In this document: piece after piece, positions 10,372 to 21,400 of the stretch
Numbering within the stretch: the stretch's first letter is position 1
Layout: each line of letters opens with the position of its first letter
Assembly (NCBI GenBank): GCA_001724245.1
Contig: MEDX01000033.1
Coordinates: 1 to 38,511, forward strand
Length of the DNA: 38,511 bases
Direction of reading: 5' to 3'
Origin: Fonticula-like sp. SCN 57-25
Lineage: Eukaryota
The notes under the pieces: model-generated
The model's input: the letters and a program-made list of their open reading frames with translations, nothing else
Told to the model about the DNA's origin: nothing
Database searches by the model: none
Program-made: the position numbers and the translations under genes

Positions 10372-11589
10372 ATGGGTGCGCCGAGTGTGCGTGCTATTAA
10401 CAGCTGTCTTATTCTGGTGTTTTCTAGAGTTTGCTGCTGAGCGTCGCGCGGCCATTCAGGCCGTGACTGTGGCATCGCGTCTCTGCGGTCGTGTTTTTAA
10501 GGCGCTCGTTTCGGCGGAGACGATCACCAAGAAGGACAACTCGCCGGTGACAGGTGCGCGAGCGGCAGCAAGATCGCACGTTCCGCCTTGCTCACAACCG
10601 ATCCACGCATAGTTGCGGACTATGGCGCTCAGGCCGTTGTTTGCCACTACCTTGCCAAGTACTTCCCGAACGATCCCGTTGTGGGCGAGGAGGACTCTAA
10701 GGATCTTCGCGGCGAGGCCGCGACCCCTGTCCGCCAGCGCGTGCTTTCGCTGGTGAACGAGGTGCTCCCTGAGCCCATCGGCGAGACTGATGTATGCATT
10801 GCTTTTGTTCTTACTTGGCTTTGTTGATGGTTAACATGGTTGATCGCTCTTCAGCTGCTCGGCTACATCGATCGCGGCTCGTTCGGCGGAAGCAAGACTG
10901 GCCGCTTCTGGACGCTCGACCCGATCGACGGCACCAAGGGATTCCTCCGCGGCGAGCAGTTTGCGGTCTGCCTTGCGCTCATTGTTGACGGCGTTGTGCG
11001 CGTCGGCGTGATGGGCTGCCCCAACCTTCCCGTGAACGCGGCCGAGCCCAATGGCCCGCGCGGTTGCATCTTTGCCGCCGTCAGCGGACAGGGCGCCTTC
11101 CAGCGCAGCGTCGAGGAGGCGGACACTGCCGAGACCCGCATCCACGTCACCGGTGTTACGTCGACCTCGGAGGCCAACTTTTGCGAGTCCGTGGAGGCCG
11201 GCCACTCCAACCACGACCACTCGGCCATCATCGCCGGCAAGCTGGGCATCACCAAGGAGCCGGTCCGCATGGACAGCCAGTGCAAGTACGCTTCCATCGC
11301 GCGCGGTGACGCCTCCATCTACCTTCGTCTCCCCACCATCAAGGGCTACGAGGAGAAGATCTGGGTGCGGCTCTGTTCTCTGCGCTAAATCTGTACTGAC
11401 GGGATCTGCGCATAGGACCACGCGTCTGGTGCCCTTATTGTTGCCGAGGCAGGCGGCCGCGTATCCGATGTCAACGGCAAGGAGCTCGATTTCACGCAGG
11501 GGCGCACGCTCAAGGCTAACTCGGGAGTGATTGGCACCAACGGACCCATCCACGACAAGGTCGTCGAAACAGTTGTCTCTGTCCTCTAG
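10372..11589 (+). CDS. MET22: 3'(2'),5'-bisphosphate nucleotidase (HAL2/MET22 family); 5 exons
   Basis: Motifs KKDNSPVT|VADYGAQA, VGEEDS, FWTLDPIDGTKGFLRGEQFAVCLAL, ESVEAGHS, MDSQCKY, EKIW|DHA. The first coding exon is only ATGG (10372-10375). Stop TAG at 11587-11589. Confidence 0.93.
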
Positions 11590-11692
11590 TGTACACAAGT
11601 CTCACTTCATTAATAAAACATATGCGGATTGCACTCACCACTACCAAATACGCAACAAATGATTCACACAAAGATCACGCCCTACAAAAGAC

Positions 11693-12219
11693 TCAATTAC
11701 TCCGCTTTCCTTTACGACGACCACCCGAATGTTTCCCAGAGTCATCCTCCTCCGTATTGCGGCTCTCCTTTGACGAGGACGAGCTTTTCATCACACGCTC
11801 CAAAAGCTGTATGGGATCCTCGAGTTAGCAAGCATGTCACCGTGTGGCACGTGGCCTGCGTCGTACAGATTGCTTGGATGTCGTGGTTCCAATTGACTTT
11901 GCGAGAACCGCCGCGCGAGCGTGGCGCTCAAGTGGCACCTGTTGCTCGGCCTTTACATCGTCTACAATATAAGGTAAGGAACCGCACAGCTCACTGACGA
12001 TCGAATCTGCGCGTACCCAAGAGCTGGCGCACAGCTTTCTCGGTCGCGCGCTTGCGAACTTGCACTGGACATCACAGGTGAGCAAATGAGCAACAACCAA
12101 ATGAAAAATAGTTAGAATGGAATCGTACCAGGAAAAGCACGCCTTTGCTTCTTTGTCAGTTGCTCGCGCTCGTCGGGTCGAGCAATGGACAATGCCCGCT
12201 TGACAAGTTTGGCCGACAT
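11693..12219 (-). CDS. Small basic protein, 115 aa, 4 exons; N-terminus resembles AROS/RPS19BP1-like ribosome biogenesis factors
   Basis: Exons 12129-12219, 12017-12064, 11867-11961 and 11693-11806 are joined by three GTACG-AG introns into one open frame: MSAKLVKRALSIARPDEREQLTKKQRRAF...SGGRRKGKRSN*. The family assignment rests only on the MSAxLV+RAL start and the basic composition. Confidence 0.6.
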
Positions 12220-12459
12220 CGGCGAGTCGTCTGTATGGTGAAAATATCAATGGTGGATATAGCAGTAATCATGGATGATAAATTGGAAAATAGTACAATT
12301 GCGTCTTGTGTTCCTCAGAGACTCAGACATTGGTAAAGCATAACTCGAAAATTTATTGCATACGTTTACATTCATATACTTTTTATGATTCCACGATTAG
12401 CATTAATTCTACTTACTCAACTAGTATACTGATGAACTGGTTAATTATATAATGTCGGT

Positions 12460-15400
12460 TTACACCACCGCAGCCATAGCCATCGCATAGGCACCGCTGT
12501 GGCTAATGCTTAGCTTGACGTCGGCGACACCAAGCGATCCAACCACCTGCGCGGCTTTTCCGTGGAAGACAATAGTGGGCGCGCCGGACGCGGCCATGAC
12601 GACCTCAATGTCTCTTAGCGGAGCCCCCGCGCCGTCCCACAGGCTGCCTCGATCGGGGTACTTGTTCGAGATAGCCTTAAGGGTCGCCTCTTTGGCGCAC
12701 CAGCGCCCTGCAAATGACGCACGCGGATCGGGCTGAGCGAGGCAGTATGCGACCTCGGCATCGGTGAAATTGCGACTGAGATAGTGTTAGCGAAACGAAC
12801 GGCGAATTGCTGGGCAGCAGCATACCTGACAAAGGTGTCATTGTCCACGTTGACGGCGGACAAAAGCTCAATATCCACTCCGATACCCTTTGCCACGCCA
12901 TCCGCCAAATTGCTCGAAGGTAGCGCGGACGCGGAGCGCGTCAGCGCCAGGTGTTCATCTTCAAAGCTGAACTGGTCTGAAATGCCCGGTGAATCCGGCT
13001 TGAGGCTTTTGAAGAGGTGCTGCGCGCTGGGTGCTTTTAGCAGCAGGCCCTTTGGCGCCCCAGAGTTGCCACTAGATACCACTCCGCTTCCGTCGGTGCT
13101 GCTCGCGCTTCTCGCGCGAACAGCTTCACTAGCTGCGCGCTTGGTGCCGCCGGCAGACGAAGAGCTTGCCTTAGCAGCATGCGGCTTGATCGTCCACTTT
13201 TGCGTTGTAGGATCACGCGTCGCGCGGGCGAGCGGGTCCAGGTAGACGCTTTCCACATCCTTTTTGTCGTACGGCGCTTCATCCTTGATCCGAACGATGG
13301 GCGCGGTCTGAGTAATCCCGTCATGCAGGTGCCTAAAGGCGTCCCTATTCCTCTGACCTCTCTTGTCGCAGTACGCAAGGTACTGGTCTTCGCTGAGGCA
13401 CGCGAGGGCGTAGTCGGGATGAATTACAAGCACCTGGCCTCCCACCTGGCCAAAGCCAAACGATGTCAGCATGGCGGCCTTGATGCCGTCCGTCTTTATA
13501 GCCCGGGAGGGGAAGCAGATGAACTCGTAGTCGCGCAGGCGCTCGTCAATGTTGTCCGCGTTGCGATTCCCGGGAATAATGCCGCTGCCCAGCACCTGCA
13601 GAACGCCGTTAAGCATCCACGCCGCTGCTGCGCCCTTGGGGTGGCCCGTCAGGTACTTTTGCGTTATGGCAGGCATTGTGTTCCCGCGAGACCGGCCCAG
13701 ATGCGACAGTTGCGCGTCGAGCACCGCCGTTTCATTGATGTCGTTGGCCTGCGTGGACGTGCCGTGAAGCGATGCAACGCCAATATCATCAATGGTAAGG
13801 TTGAACACATTGAGCGCTCCGCGAAGAGGGGAAATTCGCGCGTCTTGGCGGTAAAAGTCTGTTCCCCAAAGACGACGGGAGGTCGCCAGCTCAAGGGCTG
13901 CTTGATGCTCAATGTCTCTCAAGCGAGCACGCGCAAACTCGTTCTTCTCATCATCTAGGCGTCACATTAGAACTACAAAGTAATCTGACTCGGCATGCGC
14001 CGTACCACTCGCTTCCATCATGTTGGCGATCTGGCGCTCAAGATGTCTCTTTTCTGCATCAACCCAATCGTCAATCCGCTGGATCTGTAGCTTGACTTGC
14101 CTCGCGCGGTATTCCACACTCATGAGAAGCTCAGCTGCGTGAGCACCGCCGGGACCGTCACCAAAGGTGCTCGACGAGAGCCCTAGCGATGGCGCCCTGA
14201 CAAACGGCAGAGGTGCGCCGCCTGCCACGCGAGCAGCCGGCGATGCCAGCGAGTCGCTGTCCGCCTTGCTCTCGCGCGCAACAGTTAGGATGCCGCGGCC
14301 CGGAGCGGGAACAGATCGTCCGCTCTTATCGGTCGCCGTGGCCGTCATCGCGAGGATGCCGTAGATTGGCACGCCCATTTCGATTGCGAGACTGGCAGGC
14401 ATGAGCACCTGCATGCCCGCTCCCTGCGCCTCCATGAAGCCGTCGCGCGTTGTGGTTGCAGGTCGAGACATCTCGCGAGGCTCGCGGCCGCGCTCAAGCT
14501 CAGCGCGCGCGTTGCTCGTCGCGCGCATTTGAGCAAACTCGTACGAGCCTTCCTCTTGAAAGTCGTCGTAGCCGCCAACCACCACAATCCGCGCCTTGCC
14601 GCTCAAAATGGTGTCGATGCCAATCTCGACGGAAAGAACAGACGTGGCGCATGCGCCAACAGGGGGCTTGATAGGGCCCGAGCTGCTCAACAGCAGCATG
14701 TTGACCCACGCAGGCATCGTATTGATAAAGTTCTCCTGCAGAATGTCCGACTGGACAGGGCGATCCAAGAAACGCTCACGGTATATGCGCGTGTTTGCCC
14801 GCATGCCACCAACGCCTCCGCCCGAGCAGTTTCCAACCTAGATTACTCTATCAGCACTAGAAACGCACCGGGTGCTCCGTACCTCCGAAACGTGCACGTA
14901 TTTGTAAAATTCGTAGGGGTCGCTTATGCCGGCGGTCATGAGCGCCTCGGCCGTGGCGACGAGCACATAGAGGGTTACGGGATCGACCTGGTTTACAATG
15001 TCATCTGGGATGCCATAGCGTTTGGCGTCCCAGCCGGTAGGAATCTGACCCGCTACAAGGCGATCAAACCGCAGCGCCTTGGGGACATAGAGCGTGGCGC
15101 CCTTGCGGAAGCGAACCGTCCACGTGGCATCTGATAGATTGGCGTGAGCCGAAATCAATCGCCAAAAATTGCGAGCAAAAGAGGGACGCACCGGCATTCG
15201 CAGCCGACGTGGGATAAATATCCACCTGGTCGCCGTGGAAATGCTTAAAGTGCTTGGCTTCGTCGTGCGAGACTTCGAGCGGAGGTAGATCGGCGTCGAG
15301 AACCACCTGCTGGAGGAACTGCTTGCGGTCGGGGTCATATCCATCAAACAGCGCCGGCTCTGCAGCACGTTTAGGACCAGGTGCAACGCAAATAAACGCT

Positions 15401-18400
15401 GAATCCACGTACCAATGAGGCGAATGCCAGAGTGCTTGAGGATCTTCTCTTCGTACTTGGCCTTTACCTCCATGTCCTGAATGGGCATTTCGGTTTGCGA
15501 ATCCACCCAGCCGGCATAGTGGGCGCCCCGTTGGCTCTTGAGGGGGCCATTGTTATGACGAATGAAGCCCATCAGCCACGCCATCTCAATGCATCCCTAC
15601 ACAACACCGCATATAAGCTTGACTAAAGAGCAAAAGAGACGCACCTCAAGACTGAACTGTCCATGCGCTTCCATCTCCCATCGAGTGCGCGAGTTTCCCC
15701 ACGGGCCGACCTCGCCGTATCCAGTGACAACAATGACGCGGTCGAGGTCCACCAAGTCGCGATACACGCCCAGGGATTCGAGCGCACTGTACGGCTTGAG
15801 TTCGGGGAAGGGCATCTGAATATTGGCGCGCGCTGTGACTACGGCAGGCGAGGCGGACGATCCGCTAAGAGCAGACTGATCCTGCTGCGTTTCGCTGTAC
15901 ATTTGCGTAGCGTTAGAAAAAATCACAGATTGCTCAACATGAGCGCACCGAGCGATCGCGCTACGAATCATGGCCGTTTCCTTGATCTCGTCTCTGATAT
16001 TCTTCATTACCTGGTTCAGGTCTTGGACGCGCTCAAGCCCACCGTTGAGGTCGGCCCACACTGGCCCGAGCTCGGCTGCCATCCTGACGACAGAGGTGTG
16101 CAGTAGTCCAATCAGGTTGAAAGCCATATCATGGGAGCTAAACGTGCGAACGTGGCCGCCCGCACCGCTGTTCTCGAGGCCCTCGGCCACAATGTTGTTG
16201 GGCGCCATGAGGCCGGTGCCGCGAGTCCAACCAATTACAGCACCGACGATGGACACGTACGCACTCCACGACTCTGAATGCCACTTGTACAGAAGGGTCT
16301 CAAGGCCAATCTTGGACTCACTGTAGAGCCCATCTCCGCCAAACAGGCCATGGTTGGGGGAAAGTGGAAGCAGCAGTAAAGCCGGACGCGTATCAATGGA
16401 CAGGCGGCGCTTGTGCGACGTAATCGCACCAACCAAACGCAGCACGTTTGTCTACGCAGCGGTGTAAGCGGGCATTTCAAATTCAGCAGGCTCAACGCAC
16501 AAGCATCATCCGATGCGCGACTTCGCTCTTGTCATCGATTTCAGTCATTTCGCGCCCGTTTTCACCGATGGCGGCAAATGGTACGATAAAATCAATATCC
16601 CACCCAAGGCCGTCCGCAGATGTCGAGTAGATATAGTCGGCGAGCGCTTGTACATCAGCCGTGCTGGCCTGGTTAAATGGGACAACTACCAAGCTTGAGC
16701 TGCGCGCGCCGTGCCGTTCATACATGGCTCGGTAATAGTCCGTCGTTGACGCGCTGAAAGATGATGTCGTCGCAATCACGCGAGCACCGCCGGCGAGGAA
16801 CGAACGAAGGAGGTCGGCTCCAATCGATCCGCGGCCGCTTCCGGTAAGAAGCACAGTCTTGTTGGCAAATGAGATGCCATCGCGGGCGATCTGCTCGAGC
16901 GCCTCAAAGTAAACCTTACATATAATTAGTATGTATAGCATGGACTCGGGCAGCAAAAGCGGCGTACATTGGTTTTTGTTTGATCAAACGTCCAGCCGCT
17001 CTCCTCTGCGTGCGACTTTAGGTGCAAAAAGGGAACCGCCTTTTGCTTGCGAGTGGTGTCAACAGCATGCGAGACGGTTTCCAGCAACTTGGTCATCCGG
17101 ACCGCAGTGCGCGAGCCGTCCTTTTGCATGCGAATGAGCCGCCGCAGCCTCTTTGCAGCTCGCATTGCTTCCTTGGCGTTGCCGCCGTTGCTCCTGCCGG
17201 CAGCCCCAGCAGCAAAAACACCCTTGCGCATCTCCTTGACGTAAGTAGATAGATTTCGAACGTCCTTCCTTTCGACTTCCCGATAAATGATCTGGCCATC
17301 GCTGGTTATCTCGGTCTGAGGCGCGCGCGGGATTCCAAGGTCCTTGAAGCGCGGCACAGTCTCCACGGCCTCCTTCAAGCTCAAGGCAAGCATTGTGCCG
17401 AGGCTGTTGGCGCGCTCATAGAGCGCGGCCGTTTCCTCAAAGCCGGGCTTTTGCTTCAGTTCAGCAGCGACCGCGCCGCAGTGACGCATGTAATAGTCAA
17501 AAGTCTCGACGAGCGCCGGGTGAGCGCGTCCCATCAGATCAATACTGCGCTGCATCACAGCGCGATCGACAACCGCCATATGGCCATGAACAAGCGCGTA
17601 GTAGAGCTGAAGCGCCTCTTGAGTGCTCCAGTTCCACCAAGAGTCGTACCGGCGCGCCTTTCGCGTGTCAAACTGACCCGCAATGCCCGCCGCGTATGTG
17701 TCGCCGTGCTCGCTACGCCAACCGTCAAGCTCCGCCATCTGGGCTTGCGAGAGGCTTGAGAGAGCCTGCGAGCGGCGCTCGCCCTCAAGAAGGTCAAGGC
17801 CAATATGTGAAGCAAACATCTCGAGCTGCGCGCGAAGCAAATGATCCTGGCGCGCCTGCAGGCGGGCAAGAATACTGGCATCTAGCGCGGGCGACAATTG
17901 CATTGGCTGTGAAGCACCGCCGCCGCCGCCTGCTCCTCCAAGAGGCACCTTGTTCTCTGCCGCGTACCCGGCCACCACACCATCAAGCCAGGCGTGCGCC
18001 TCCTGCTCGTTGCCAAGGCGCGCCGGAGGCTCCATGGTAAGCGCATGCAGCAGGCAGGCGTCCTGGCGACCAGGCCCCAAGCCCCATCGCGTTGAAAGAT
18101 GTCCGCGAAGAGACGGCACTGTCATGCCGGCGGGCATCTTTGCGCTGGTGAGGCGAGCCAGCATGGCCAGCGAATGGGCGCCAAGCTTTGCGTAGGCTGC
18201 CCCGGACGCAGATGCGAGCTCTGTTAGAGGCGCCTCAGACAGAGTGTCGCTCGTCGCGCCGCCCGTATCGCCAAACTCCTTTTGAATGTCGCCAAGAAGC
18301 TCGTTCGTTAGAGTCGACTTGCCGGCAGACAGCGTCTTGAGAGACGTCGAAGGCGCAATCTCAGCGTACGGTTTCTTTAGCTATGCACATCGTTAGGTTT

Positions 18401-21400
18401 GGCAATTTATAAAGAGCAAAAGGCAAACCTTTGCAGCGATGAGCGCTCGAACAAACTGAATTGCCGTCACCGGTTCGTCGGCCACCGGCCCAACAGCGTT
18501 TGCAGACGGTGCGGGAGCAACAGCGACAGGCGCGCCCTGAGGCATACCGCCTTGTGGAGCAGCCGCGCCAAGAGTTATACCTGCGTACGCTGCGTACGAC
18601 TGGGCAACGGCATCAAGCCACGACTTTACGTCGCCCTCCGAGCCAAAGCGGCTCGCTGGCTCACGAGTGAGCGCATGAAGGAGAAGTCCGTCGGTACGCT
18701 GTGGCCCCAGCCCATAGGCAGACGCAATGAGCGACTTTAGCTGCGTCGGCCCCATGCCCGCAGGCATTTTGGCACCGATAAGCTTGGCAACGAGTGACGA
18801 CGTGTGCGCACCAAGCGCCCCTTGCGTGCGCCATCCGCCCCTGGAAGCAACGGCTTCTGCGAGGTCGCTGAGCGGTAGCTCGTCAGCCTTTTCAATGGAC
18901 GAAACATCGCCAAACTCCTTTTGAAGATCGCCCACGAGCTCGTTCGTGAGCGCGCTCTTTCCTGCCGACACGTCCTTTAGCGTCTGCGTCATGGGTAGAC
19001 TCGCAAGCGGCTTCCGCGTCTTGTACGCAACAATCACATGAACGAGTTCGCGCGCAGTCAGCGGCGCATCCGATACGGCGGACGGTGCTGCCGGCGGAGG
19101 CGGCGGAGGCAGAGCAGCAGTTGGGGACATGGCGGCAATTGTTTGGGGAGCGCCGCTCGGAGCAGGAGCAGCTGCCGCCTTGGCCTTTCCAGCAGCTGGA
19201 GCGGTCGGCGCCGCGGTTGATACCACTTGCGGAACTATTACAAGCTGAGTTTGCAGAAAAAAAAAAAATATCTGCGTACCGGGGTCCGCTTCCTCGTAGT
19301 AAATGCGAGCTTTGTGCGAAGTGTATGCCAGATTCTCGCGTCTAAACGTGACTGCGTCGTCGTATGCCTCATACTTGAACTTTAGCGTCCTTTGCGCCAT
19401 GTTGACAAGCGTCGGGCCCGGGCCGATTTCGATGAGGCGCTCGATGGCAAAGTTTTTGAAAAGCTGGTCCTGGGTCTCGATCCATCGCACGGGCGAAGCA
19501 AACTGGTAAGCAAGCAGTTCCACGAGCAGGGTGTAGCCAAGCTGCTGCTGCTGCTCGGCTGCAAACATGTTGGCCTGAGTTGCTCCAGGTGTCAATGGCG
19601 ACAGAGGAACGCTTAGCTCGTCTGTAGATTCGCTCATCGAGCGGTCGGCGTCCCAATGCCTCAGAATGCGCGCCAGTTTTGGCGATCCCGTAATCTCCCA
19701 CACGCGTTGAACGTAGCTCCGGTCCAAGCTGAAAGGCTCGGCAATCACGTTGGGAATGTACTTGCCAACCAGCAAGGTGACATCAACGTTACGAGGCTCG
19801 ATGCGCTTCAAGAGATACGCGCGGAACGGCGCGACGCCGGAGCGCAGGAAGCGCGAGTGAAAAGGAACATCAATGCCGGTCAAAGGAATCGTTGCCTCGC
19901 CGCGAGTCAGCACAACGTCGCGCGAAACGGCCTCGAGTGCGGCGGCCGCAAGCTGCTCATCTTCGGCGTTCAAGTTGTCGTACGCGCCAGCTTTGCCGCG
20001 CGACTTGGCGCTGCTAATCGTCTCCTCAATAATGGTGCTGCGCTGAGTCGAAACAATGTCGCGAAGCTGCGCCTCGACCTGCTGGCGCGTCATGGATTTA
20101 ATCAGATGCTCAACGTTGATTTTTTTGGCGCGAATAAAGTTGAGGACGCGCGTCAACGTCTCGAGGTTAAGGAGCGTTCCGGCGACAACATACTGCCAGT
20201 GCTCAACATTGTAATTGACGATTTCAAGGAGCGTCTGCGACGACATTTCAATGATGCAATCAATAACAAATTGGAGCGGAATCTAAAATCGCAAGATTAG
20301 TTGGTGCCACAGAAATCCAATTTCAATGCGCGCCTGTCCAAACCCTTGTCCAACGCGCGAAGGGTTGACGGCGGTCATGCCGTACTCGGACCGGCCCTTG
20401 TCGTCACGTCTGACCGCACTCTGCATTGTCATGCCGCGGTAGAACACAACGTCCACCAAACTCTCAATCGGCAGCACATTGCCGATTGAGGCGAGCGCGG
20501 CATACTCACCAAGCGAGTGCCCGGCAAACGGGCGGTTCTGCTGAAGGAGACCGCGGTGCTTCATATCCTCAAACTGCGACTTTTGCAAAAGGGTAAGGGC
20601 CGGTTGAGTAAACTGAGTTGCATTCAGCAGGCCACCGGGCGACCTGCGCGCCGCAAGTTTAGCGTCAAAATAAAATTGTGCGCGGAACGCACTTGAAGGT
20701 ATAACAGTCCGAGTCCGCCGTGATTGTCGGAAACAGCGGAAGCGTGATGAGCGATCCGTCCGGCTGCACAAGCTCATATGTCATTGCCATGTAGGAGCGC
20801 CTGATGCGATCGCCGCGCGGGCCGCCAAAGTGAACCGTGACTTGCGTGGGATTGTTGCGCACAATGTGCAAAATGGAAAACCCATAATTCTGCTTGAAAT
20901 GGGCGTCGGCGAGGTCCCAAATACGACGAGCAACATCAGACGACGCATATAGGTCCATGCCCATATTCTAAAATACCGTGAGCCAACGCTATTGTATCAA
21001 TAAAAATATATCTGTACCTTTTCCTGGCTTCCCTGCCCCGTGAAAATGTACGCAGTGACCGCCTGGTCCACCTCAGCAGTAGCGTCGAGCACCTTGACGC
21101 CGTCCGCATTAAATGTCTCCACCTTTATGATCTTTTTGCCGGCGCGCATCCCCACATGGTACATCTATTTCCCTGCTGTTAGGCTCGGCGGTAGCACGCC
21201 TTTTCACACGCACCTTGGTTTGCAGCGTATCGCCTGGCTGAACCATGGCGACGAACGACGCGCGGAAAAACGAGACCCGCTTGGGGTCGTTATCCGCGGC
21301 AAACACCTCCACAAGCCTGCGCGTAGCAGCAGACGTCCACATGCCATGCGTGATCGTGGAAGGCTGCAAGCCAATTAGCCACACATAAGAGCGGCCCAAA

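Noticed and set aside
18393-20246. FAS as two genes or a pseudogene, given the many broken ORFs
   Set aside because: Every break is explained by a frame-consistent intron and all catalytic residues are intact.
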